In this document: one piece after another, positions 17,120 through 24,606 of the stretch
Layout: the number at the start of each line of letters is the position of its first letter
Position numbering within the stretch: position 1 is the stretch's first letter
Translations under genes and position numbers: made by a program
The notes under the pieces: model-generated
What the model was told of the DNA's origin: nothing
Seen by the model: only the letters and a program-made list of their open reading frames with translations
The model's database searches: none
NCBI GenBank assembly: GCA_005878515.1
Contig: VBLZ01000100.1
Span: forward strand, 1 to 34,537
Reading direction: 5' to 3'
DNA from: Methanobacteriota archaeon
GTDB taxonomy: Archaea; Thermoplasmatota; Thermoplasmata; RBG-16-68-12
Length of the DNA: 34,537 nt

Positions 17120-18136
17120 ATGCGGCTTCAGCAGGTGGTGAAGGACGAGCGACGTCCGCGCGAATTCGACCCGCGGGAATACATCTCCACCTGGACCGAG
17201 AAGGACCTGCTCCACGGGAAGATCGTGGACGCGTGGGTCATCATCTTCCGGACCCGCGGCTGCTACTGGGCGCGCTCAAGCGGCTGCTCGATGTGCGGAT
17301 ACGTGAACGACGTGGCCCAGGAAGTGAGTCCCGCGGACATCGGCCACCAGCTCGACGTGGTCCTGAAGAAGCATCAAGGACAGCCCCTCGTCAAGGTGTA
17401 TACTTCCGGGAACTTCTTCGACGACCACGAAGTGTCTCTAGATGTCCGAGAGCGAATCCTCACAGAACTCGGAGACCGCTGCGACAAGGTCATCGTCGAG
17501 ACGCTCGCCCACCTGTTGCGCCGCGACCAGCTCGAGCACGCCCTGCGTTTCGTCGACGAACTCGAGATTGCCTTGGGGCTCGAGTCGACGAACGAGAACG
17601 TCCTGCGGTACGCCGTCAACAAAGTCTGGGGCCTGAACGAACATGCGCGGGCCGCGACCGTCGCGCGCGAGGCCGGCGCGACCGTTAAGACGTATCTGTT
17701 GATCAAGCCGCCCTTCCTGACGGAACGGGAGGCGATCGAAGATGCCGTCCGATCGGGACACGAGGCGGATCCGCACAGCGACACGGTCTCCTTCAACCCG
17801 GTGAACGTCCAGAGCCGCACGATCGTCGACCGGCTCTTCCGCCGGGGCGAGTACCGCCCCCCGTGGCTCTGGTCCGTCGTCGAGGTCCTCGAGCGCACCC
17901 GCGACTTGAAGGCCCACGTGAAAAGCCACCCGACCGCGGGCGGCCTGGTCCGCGGGGCCCACAACTGCGGAACCTGCGATCGACGTGTCGTGAACGCGAT
18001 CGAAGAATTCTCGCTCGGCCTCCGCGCGGACTTCGGCGACCTGTCGTGCGCCTGCCAGGAGGTGTGGCGGGCCTACGGTGAGACGCAACCGTTCATGATG
18101 ACGTCCGCTGATCCACTGGCGGTCCTTGAAGCGTAA
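17120..18136 (+). CDS. raSEA: Archaeosine biosynthesis radical SAM protein RaSEA (TIGR01210-like)
   Basis: IFRTRGCYWARSSGCSMCGY (CX7CX2C), KVYTSGNFFD, GLES, YLLIKPPFLTE, YRPPWLWS, RGAHNCGTCD. Confidence 0.9.
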   Translation: MRLQQVVKDERRPREFDPREYISTWTEKDLLHGKIVDAWVIIFRTRGCYWARSSGCSMCGYVNDVAQEVSPADIGHQLDVVLKKHQGQPLVKVYTSGNFFDDHEVSLDVRERILTELGDRCDKVIVETLAHLLRRDQLEHALRFVDELEIALGLESTNENVLRYAVNKVWGLNEHARAATVAREAGATVKTYLLIKPPFLTEREAIEDAVRSGHEADPHSDTVSFNPVNVQSRTIVDRLFRRGEYRPPWLWSVVEVLERTRDLKAHVKSHPTAGGLVRGAHNCGTCDRRVVNAIEEFSLGLRADFGDLSCACQEVWRAYGETQPFMMTSADPLAVLEA

Positions 18137-18175
18137 CGTTCATCCGAGGTCCGAGAATCGGGAATCGCGATTCGG

Positions 18176-18496
18176 ATGCGCGAATACGAGTTGAAACGGG
18201 GCACGGGGAAGAACCTCGAGGGCGACGGCCTGCGGAAGATCGCCGCGGAGGTGTTCGGCGACGTCGGAACGGATGGGGCGAAGGTCATCGTCTCTCACGG
18301 CGCCCTCGAGAAGATGGTCGTGTGGACCGACGGGAAGAAGCTGTTCGTCGACACCACGATGAAGTCCGGCGTCCCGGATCATGTCGCCACGGACACGATC
18401 AAGGCGTACAACGCATTCCTCGAGCGGGCGACCGGGCTGACCGCGAAGGAGCGAGGCAAGCGGGCGCAGCAAGCGGCGAAAAAAGGCTCTGCCTGA
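18176..18496 (+). CDS. Conserved archaeal protein (DUF5611-like)
   Basis: MREYELKRG start, SHGAL, YNAFLERATGLTAKER end, recognised from conserved euryarchaeal hypothetical proteins. Confidence 0.75.
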   Translation: MREYELKRGTGKNLEGDGLRKIAAEVFGDVGTDGAKVIVSHGALEKMVVWTDGKKLFVDTTMKSGVPDHVATDTIKAYNAFLERATGLTAKERGKRAQQAAKKGSA

Positions 18497-18551
18497 CGAT
18501 CGCTCCCGCTCGGCCTCCAGGAAATGGAAAAGGGTGCGGGCGGCCCTCGGC

Positions 18552-18860
18552 CTAGCCGAAGAGCGCACCCAGGCCCGCAGCCGCCTCTTCCTCGGAGACC
18601 TTCTCTTCTTCCTTCTTCTCCTCTTTCTTCTTCTCTTCCTTCTTCTCGGCGGGCGGCGCTGCCGCGGGAGCGGCGGTCGGCATCGCGACGGCGGCCTTCA
18701 GGGCCTCGTCGATGTTCACGCCTTCCAGCGCGGCGGTCAGAGCCTTCACGCGGGTCTCGTCGACCTTCACCCCGGCCGCGGTGAGGACCTTCTTCAGGTT
18801 CTCCTCGCTCACGGGCTTGCCGGCCGCATGCAGGACCAACGCCCCGTACACATATTCCAT
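18552..18860 (-). CDS. rpl12: 50S ribosomal protein P1 (L12p)
   Basis: [14 protein letters not shown], Ala/Glu/Lys hinge, [13 protein letters not shown] end; SD GGAGGTGA. Confidence 0.98.
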   Translation of the reverse strand: MEYVYGALVLHAAGKPVSEENLKKVLTAAGVKVDETRVKALTAALEGVNIDEALKAAVAMPTAAPAAAPPAEKKEEKKKEEKKEEEKVSEEEAAAGLGALFG

Positions 18861-18885
18861 TCGTCGTCACCTCCTTGTTGTTTGA

Positions 18886-19767
18886 TCATCCGGTCATCGT
18901 GCGAAGCGCCTCGTCGGCGGCACCGGGCGCGCGGGCGACGAGGGCGAGCATCTGAGTGTGGGCTTTCGCCAAGAGAAACTTGATCGATTCTTTCGTCGGG
19001 AACTCGGACTCGACGGCAAGCTCCAGCGCCTGCGCGTGGGCCTTCGCCAGGAGCGGGCGGATCGTCTCCTTGGTCGGGTAGGCAATCGTGAGTGCGAGGG
19101 CGAGCGCCTCCCGCCAGGCCTGGGCGATCTGTCCGCGGACGACCGTGTCGTCGACCGCCAGCGCATCCCGTCGGAACACGGTGCCGGCCTCGTAGGCGCC
19201 TCGCAAATCGAGGCCGACGACCAGGGGGAAGATCTCGAGCCGCGCGAGCTGCTGGGCGACGTCCCTCGGGATTCGCTGGCCTGCCTTCACCATGAGCTTG
19301 TCTTGGCGGATCATGACCTTGCCCCGTTCGATTGCTGCCGGAATCCCGGCCTTCTGGAGTTCGCCCACGACGGGGCCGGGTTTGAACGGCGTCTCCCCGG
19401 CGCGGACCCAGAGGTCTTCCGGCGCGACCTCGCCCCCTCGGGCCGGAGCGCGCGTCTTCGTCGCCTCGAGTTCCTTGAAGAGTCGGAACGGATTGATGTC
19501 CGCCGTCACGACGGCCGTCTGCCCCTCGATCGTGTCACTGAGCTTCACTAGGTCCGGCTTCTTCTCGCTCGCCTGCTCCAACGCGAGGCGCAGTAGGTTG
19601 TTCTTCGCGACCGTGATTGTCGCGCGCCCGGAGAGCTTCTTCCGGATCGCCTGGAACTGCGGCGCGGGGATCCCGTGGATGTTGGCGATGCCGACTACAC
19701 GGGCCTGGGCGCAGCGCGTCGCGAGGCTCTCGACGAGTTGCTTCTTGTAGGGAGCGACGTGCGCCAA
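18886..19767 (-). CDS. rpl10: 50S ribosomal protein uL10 (P0)
   Basis: MAHVAPYKKQLV, VAKNNLL, TPFKPGPVVGELQKAGIPAAIERGKV; TTG start with GAGGTG SD overlapping the rpl1 stop. Confidence 0.96.
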   Translation of the reverse strand: MAHVAPYKKQLVESLATRCAQARVVGIANIHGIPAPQFQAIRKKLSGRATITVAKNNLLRLALEQASEKKPDLVKLSDTIEGQTAVVTADINPFRLFKELEATKTRAPARGGEVAPEDLWVRAGETPFKPGPVVGELQKAGIPAAIERGKVMIRQDKLMVKAGQRIPRDVAQQLARLEIFPLVVGLDLRGAYEAGTVFRRDALAVDDTVVRGQIAQAWREALALALTIAYPTKETIRPLLAKAHAQALELAVESEFPTKESIKFLLAKAHTQMLALVARAPGAADEALRTMTG

Positions 19768-19776
19768 GGGACCACC

Positions 19777-20415
19777 TCAGAGGTACTTCACCGCGGGGCC
19801 CATCGTGGTCTTCACGTAGGCGGACTGGATGTTGAATCGTCCCCGTTCCAGCTTGCCAACGACGCGGCGCATCAAGGCGTCCAGATTCTCGGCGAGATCC
19901 TCGGGGGGCATGTCCCGCGTCCCGATCGCCGCATGGAACGTCCGCTTGTCGCGGCTCCGGACCCGGACCGTGTTCCGCAATGAGTTGATCAGGTTCGTCG
20001 GGTCCGCCGTGGGCGGGACGGGACGAGGCATCCTCCCTCGGGGTCCGAGGACGACGCCGAGACGCTTCCCAATTACCGGCATGAGCGGGGCCTCTGCAAT
20101 GAAGAAGTCGTACGATGTCGCGAGGGTCCTCGCCTTCCGCTTGTCGCTCGCGTATTCCTCGATCTCTTGCGGCTGAATCACGAGGTCCGCGGCGTTCCGC
20201 GCCTTCAAGGCGAGCTCTCCCGACGCGAAGACGCAGACGCGGATCGGCTTCCCCCGTCCTTTGGGCAGGACGACGTCCTCTTCGACGCGATTCTTCGGAA
20301 CCGAAAGATCAACATCGCGAAGGTTCACGGCGACCTCAACGGATTCCTTGAACGCACGGGGCTTGGCGGCCTCGAGGAGCTTCTTGATCGTCTCGACCGA
20401 ATGCTTGTCCGCCAA
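19777..20415 (-). CDS. rpl1: 50S ribosomal protein uL1
   Basis: FKESVEVAVNLRDVD, LGPRGRMP, YVKTTMGP; TTG start with GGAGG SD. Confidence 0.97.
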   Translation of the reverse strand: MADKHSVETIKKLLEAAKPRAFKESVEVAVNLRDVDLSVPKNRVEEDVVLPKGRGKPIRVCVFASGELALKARNAADLVIQPQEIEEYASDKRKARTLATSYDFFIAEAPLMPVIGKRLGVVLGPRGRMPRPVPPTADPTNLINSLRNTVRVRSRDKRTFHAAIGTRDMPPEDLAENLDALMRRVVGKLERGRFNIQSAYVKTTMGPAVKYL

Positions 20416-20424
20416 GGGAGATCG

Positions 20425-20465
20425 CCTCCTGCAGTGCGTGCAGCCGAGATGGCCTCCTGCAGAGG
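20425..20465 (-). promoter_or_regulatory. Putative uL1-binding leader hairpin sequestering the rpl1 SD
   Basis: Minus strand CCUCUGCAG-GAG-GCC-AUCUC-GGC-UGCACGCA-CUGCAGGAGG: two helices separated by an asymmetric loop with a GGAG motif. Confidence 0.65.
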
Positions 20466-20608
20466 AGAGGCGGCCAAAGAGCGTGGCCCTAATAAGGCTT
20501 TGCGGACGCGCGACGCCGGGTCCGTCTTCGGCGAACTACGGACGGGACTAGACGCATCTCCATCGTCCGTCGCGCGGAATCGACGATCCGAACGGCATCG
20601 CCGAGGAA

Positions 20609-20629
20609 TTATCAGTCGGCCGATGATAA
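20609..20629. promoter_or_regulatory. Palindromic operator upstream of the second trmB-family gene
   Basis: TTATCA-GTCGGCCGA-TGATAA, just upstream of the TATA-like AACCCTTTTGTA. Confidence 0.55.
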
Positions 20630-20669
20630 CTGCATAACCCTTTTGTAGCCATCGCCCCTAGCCCGATCC

Positions 20670-21488
20670 GTGCGGGAGGAGGACGTCGAGCGGGCCCTCG
20701 AGACCCTCGGTCTCACCGGCAAGGAATCGCGCGCGTACCTGAGCCTCCTCCAGAATGGGGTGGCGACCGCCCAGCACATCAGCCAACTCCTTGGCGTGCA
20801 ATATCCGGCCGTCTATCGGATCCTACAGTCCCTGCAAACGAAAGGCTGGATCGAGGTGTCGCGGGAGCGCCCGAACCGATATCGGGCCCGTGCGCCTCGA
20901 ATCGTCGCGGAAGAAGCCCATCAGTCGAGAGGGGACGATCTCGTCGCCGCGGCCGAAATGGTCGGCGGGTTGAAGGAGAGCGTCCCCCCGAAGGCACGGG
21001 AGAGTGAGACGGACCTCTGGATCTACAAGGGGACGGAGTCGATCGGTCGCAAGCTCCGCGAGGTGGTCCTCTCCAGCAGCGGACAGATCCTTTGCGTGAG
21101 TCCGTTCCCCGTCGCCCCCGAGATCCTGCGGCTCCTCTTCGACGCCCTCGGCCGGTCCCGACGAGTCGTGCGGGTCGTCTTGAACGAGGCGAACCGCCCG
21201 GACCTCGCGGAACTCGGAAGCCTCCTCGGACGGAACATGCGCGTGCAGTTCCACTTCCCGGCTCGGCCGCTGTCCGCCACCCGGCTCGCGCACACGTACG
21301 TGTTCCCGAGCGACCAGGAAGTGTTCATCCTGAATTCCTTCTACCGCGAGGGAGAGCTCGCGGCGGACAAACTCCAGGGGCTCTGGGTCGGCGACATGGA
21401 CTTCGTGAGGATCCAGCTCGAGGCGATGCTCCTCGACTTGTCGCAACCGACCGCCCGGGAGCGCAAGGCGTTCCCGAAAGCCCGCTGA
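20670..21488 (+). CDS. TrmB-family transcriptional regulator
   Basis: LETLGLTGKESRAYLSLL...VYRILQSLQTKGWIEVSRERPNRYRA wHTH, then LWIYKG effector-domain start. Confidence 0.9.
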   Translation: MREEDVERALETLGLTGKESRAYLSLLQNGVATAQHISQLLGVQYPAVYRILQSLQTKGWIEVSRERPNRYRARAPRIVAEEAHQSRGDDLVAAAEMVGGLKESVPPKARESETDLWIYKGTESIGRKLREVVLSSSGQILCVSPFPVAPEILRLLFDALGRSRRVVRVVLNEANRPDLAELGSLLGRNMRVQFHFPARPLSATRLAHTYVFPSDQEVFILNSFYREGELAADKLQGLWVGDMDFVRIQLEAMLLDLSQPTARERKAFPKAR

Positions 21489-21490
21489 CC

Positions 21491-21970
21491 TCAGCCGGCG
21501 AGTTGCTTGTCGTACTTGCCCGACTGGATCTCCTTCGAGAACTCTTTCGCGGGCTTCCCTTCCACGGTCACCCCATTCGAGACGCAGGTGCCGACCACCT
21601 CGAGGACCCGCGCCTTCAGGGATTTCGCTTGCATCGCGTCCGCTTTCATGCCCGCAATCTTGATCGCCTGCGCAAGGGACAGGTTCCCGACCCGTGTCTT
21701 GCCCGGGTCGCCGGAGCCTTTCTCAATCTTCAACTCTTTCGCAATGAGTGCGGACGTCGGGGGGGTCCCGACCTCGATCGTGAAGGCTTTCGACTTCGGG
21801 TCGACGATCAGGGTGACGGGGACTTTCATCCCTTCGAAACTCTTCGTCTTCTCGTTGATCGCTTTGATGATCTCAACGATGTTCAGGCCGAGCGGACCGA
21901 GCGCCGGTCCCAGGGGAGGTCCGGGGGTCGCCTTGCCTCCATCGACGAGGACGTTCAGCTTCTCCACCAT
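21491..21970 (-). CDS. rpl11: 50S ribosomal protein uL11
   Basis: VDGGKATPGPPLGPALGPLG, GTPPTSALI, VVGTCVSNGVTVEG. Confidence 0.98.
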   Translation of the reverse strand: MVEKLNVLVDGGKATPGPPLGPALGPLGLNIVEIIKAINEKTKSFEGMKVPVTLIVDPKSKAFTIEVGTPPTSALIAKELKIEKGSGDPGKTRVGNLSLAQAIKIAGMKADAMQAKSLKARVLEVVGTCVSNGVTVEGKPAKEFSKEIQSGKYDKQLAG

Positions 21971-22184
21971 CGTCCGAAACCTCGGTAGGGCGGCCGAGAG
22001 ACCGAGCCGGCATAAACGTTTCGACCGGGCTCATCGAATCATCGTTCGACCATCGAGGGGGTGACGGCGGAAGGCGCAACTCGGGCAGAAGCGCCACAAT
22101 GATGAGGATCACGGGGAGATGACGAAAGCAACCTTAAACAAGGTTAACCGAGCGGTATCGGCCAACCATGTCGGATGGCCCGAT

Positions 22185-23111
22185 TCACTTTTCCTCTTCC
22201 TTCTGGAGGACCCGGACGCTGTCGCCGCGGACCGTTACCGGGATGCGGACCATGGCCTCGAACAGCTCGACGGTGATCTCTTCCTTGGTCTCGTCGATCT
22301 TCATGACGCGGGCCTTTTCTCCCTTGAACGGGCCGGCGACCAGTTCGACAATGTCGCCTTCCATGATCCCGCTGACGATCGGTTTCGGGGTGAGGTACGC
22401 CTCGATTTCCGAGAAGGCGATTCCCGTCGACTCCCCCTCGCCCTTCACGACGCCGCGAGCCCGTCGCAGACCGCGGACGACTTCCTCCAGGCGATCCGGG
22501 TTCATGCTCTCGACGTAGACGTAACCGCGGAAGTTCGCGGGGACGAGGACCGAAAACACGCCGACGTCCTTTGCCTTGGCCCGGGCGTAGATGGCGTCCG
22601 CCACGGCGCGCTCATGACCGATCGAGGACTTGACCGCAAGGACCGCCTGTCGCGCGCTGAAGCTGAGGGTCTTCGCGTCGAACGCCCCGGGGTCGCCCTT
22701 TGAGATCGCATTCACGACGACGTTCAACCGGTCCCCGTACCGAGCGCCCTTCGGACATGTGACGGTCAAGGTGATCTCACGCTGGCCGTCCGCGATCAAT
22801 CGGAACTCCTTCTCCGTGACCTTCGTGAACGTGACGTCCCAGACCTTGTCCTCGACGCCGTACAGTTTGACGGTCCACTCGGGCGGATCGGGAAGCTCGG
22901 AATTGTAGACGAGGTCCACCTTGATCCGGATCGTGTCGTCCTCGGTTCCCGTGTTCGTGACGACGACAGCGTATTCTTTCGTCTGCCCGGCCGTGAGGGA
23001 GACTTTCTCTTCCTTCAGGTCCAATTTGACGGCGTAGTGGCCGACGGCGGGCGGTTCTGGCTTGGACTCCGACTTCGCCTCGCGCTTCGAGAGATCGTCG
23101 AGCAATCCCAT
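22185..23111 (-). CDS. spt5: Transcription elongation factor Spt5 (NusG) with an extra N-terminal Ig-like domain
   Basis: C-terminal half has NGN (AVKSSIGHE...RGYVYVES) and KOW (GDIVELVAGPFKGEKARV); position between secE and rpl11; about 150-aa N-terminal extension. Confidence 0.93.
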   Translation of the reverse strand: MGLLDDLSKREAKSESKPEPPAVGHYAVKLDLKEEKVSLTAGQTKEYAVVVTNTGTEDDTIRIKVDLVYNSELPDPPEWTVKLYGVEDKVWDVTFTKVTEKEFRLIADGQREITLTVTCPKGARYGDRLNVVVNAISKGDPGAFDAKTLSFSARQAVLAVKSSIGHERAVADAIYARAKAKDVGVFSVLVPANFRGYVYVESMNPDRLEEVVRGLRRARGVVKGEGESTGIAFSEIEAYLTPKPIVSGIMEGDIVELVAGPFKGEKARVMKIDETKEEITVELFEAMVRIPVTVRGDSVRVLQKEEEK

Positions 23112-23115
23112 TCCA

Positions 23116-23367
23116 TCACAGCCCCAGGTAACCGAAAATCCCGTGGAAAACGCCGGGTCCGTATCGCATGATCAGGTAGATGACGAAGCCCAGGGCGCCG
23201 ATCGCGGCGATCCCGACGCCCGTGATCAGCACGACCTTGGAGTACTCGTCCGACGTGGGCCGGCGCGCCATCTTCAGGACACGGCCGTAGCGGCCCTTCC
23301 CGAGGCGCTTCGCACGCTCCTCAATCCGCCGTTGAACCTCCCAGCTCCGATCCACGATGTCCGCCAT
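23116..23367 (-). CDS. secE: Protein translocase subunit SecE (Sec61 gamma)
   Basis: YGRVLKMARRPTSDEYSKV plus TM GIAAIGALGFVIYLI; conserved ftsZ-secE-spt5 order. Confidence 0.95.
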   Translation of the reverse strand: MADIVDRSWEVQRRIEERAKRLGKGRYGRVLKMARRPTSDEYSKVVLITGVGIAAIGALGFVIYLIMRYGPGVFHGIFGYLGL

Positions 23368-23371
23368 GGCA

Positions 23372-24478
23372 TCACCGTACGATGTCGACCCCGCCGTGGG
23401 CGCGCACGTGCTCCCCCGGGCCAAGGATCTGCTTCGATCGCACGCCGGTCAGGATGAGCATGACCCGCAGCTTGTGCTCCAAGCTCGGGTCGACCGCCGC
23501 GCCCCAGATGATTCGCGCGTTCGGCGCAATGCGACCCTGGACGATTTCGGCGACCTTCTCGGCCTCGGCGACGCTCATGTCGTTCCCGCCCGTGACGTTC
23601 ACGAGGGCTCCGGTCGCGGCGCTGATGTCGACGTCGATCAGGGGCGAATTGATCGCCTCTTCGATCGCCTCTTCCGAGCGGTTGTCACGATCGGATTCGC
23701 CCAGGCCGATCATCGCGACCCCGCCGCCCTTCATGATCGTCTTGATGTCGTTGAAGTCCAGGTTAACGAGGCCGGGCTTCGTGATGATTTCCGTGATTCC
23801 TTTGATCGCCCGCATCAGCACATCGTCCGCGACCTTGAACGCCGCATTCAGCGCCAGACGCGGGACGAGTTCAAGGAGTTTGTCATTCGGGATCACGACG
23901 ACCGTGTCCGCGAAGTTGCGGAGTTTCTCGAGGCCATACTCGGCGTTCTCGGCTCGGATCGCTCCCTCGGCCCGGAAGGGGAACGTGCAGATCGCGATCG
24001 TGAGGGCGCCCGCCTCCTTCGACAGCTGCGCGAGGACCGGGGCGCCGCCTGTGCCGGTGCCGCCTCCGAGGCCGCACGTGATGAAGACCATGTCCGCCCC
24101 CTGGACGACGGACCGGAGTTCGTCCGCCGCTTCGCGGGCGGACTCCTCGCCGACTTGGGGGAGTGCCCCGGCCCCGAGGCCCCGCGTGACGCGGCGTCCC
24201 AGGAGGAGCTTGTGAGGCGACCGGATGATCAGGAGATGCTGGGCGTCCGTGTTCGCGGCGAAGAGCTCCGCCCCGACGATGCCGGACTCGACGAGCCGGT
24301 CGATCGTGTTGCAGCCGCCCCCTCCAATGCCGACGATCTTGATGTTCGTCCTCAGGCTGGCGAGGATCCGCTCGAGTTCGGCGTCCTCCGCGCCGACGCC
24401 CATCGACTGCGTGGGGGATTCAGGGAGCCGCGGCTGAACGCCCGAACGACTCACGACTTCCCTGACAATGGAATCCAT
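23372..24478 (-). CDS. ftsZ: Cell division protein FtsZ (FtsZ1 type), downstream copy
   Basis: VGIGGGGCN, NTDAQHL, GLGGGTGTGG, PNDKLL, NLDFND T7 loop, RIIWGA; SD GGAGG. Confidence 0.97.
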   Translation of the reverse strand: MDSIVREVVSRSGVQPRLPESPTQSMGVGAEDAELERILASLRTNIKIVGIGGGGCNTIDRLVESGIVGAELFAANTDAQHLLIIRSPHKLLLGRRVTRGLGAGALPQVGEESAREAADELRSVVQGADMVFITCGLGGGTGTGGAPVLAQLSKEAGALTIAICTFPFRAEGAIRAENAEYGLEKLRNFADTVVVIPNDKLLELVPRLALNAAFKVADDVLMRAIKGITEIITKPGLVNLDFNDIKTIMKGGGVAMIGLGESDRDNRSEEAIEEAINSPLIDVDISAATGALVNVTGGNDMSVAEAEKVAEIVQGRIAPNARIIWGAAVDPSLEHKLRVMLILTGVRSKQILGPGEHVRAHGGVDIVR

Positions 24479-24543
24479 TTTTCGGCCTCCGGCTGCCCGA
24501 GGAAGCGAATGAAGCAACCGCGACATTCACGTAAAGGAGGACG

Positions 24544-24553
24544 ATTAATAAAT
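24544..24553 (-). promoter_or_regulatory. TATA box for the downstream ftsZ-secE-spt5 unit
   Basis: Minus strand AAACATTTATTAAT in a GC-rich intergenic region. Confidence 0.55.
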
Positions 24554-24606
24554 GTTTCCGGGTTCGCGCCGTCCTCCTCGCCTCCCGTGGATCGCCACGG
24601 GGCAAT

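Noticed and set aside
18590-18650. CTT/CTC-rich low-complexity tract
   Set aside because: Encodes the normal Glu/Lys hinge of ribosomal P1.
20507-20576. Inverted repeat CGCGCGACG...CGTCGCGCG in the rpl1-trmB spacer
   Set aside because: GC-only arms with a long spacer are expected by chance at this GC content; no recognisable ncRNA or MITE hallmarks.
22099-22125. ATGATGA as a C box of a C/D sRNA on the plus strand
   Set aside because: No D box (CTGA) at a suitable distance.
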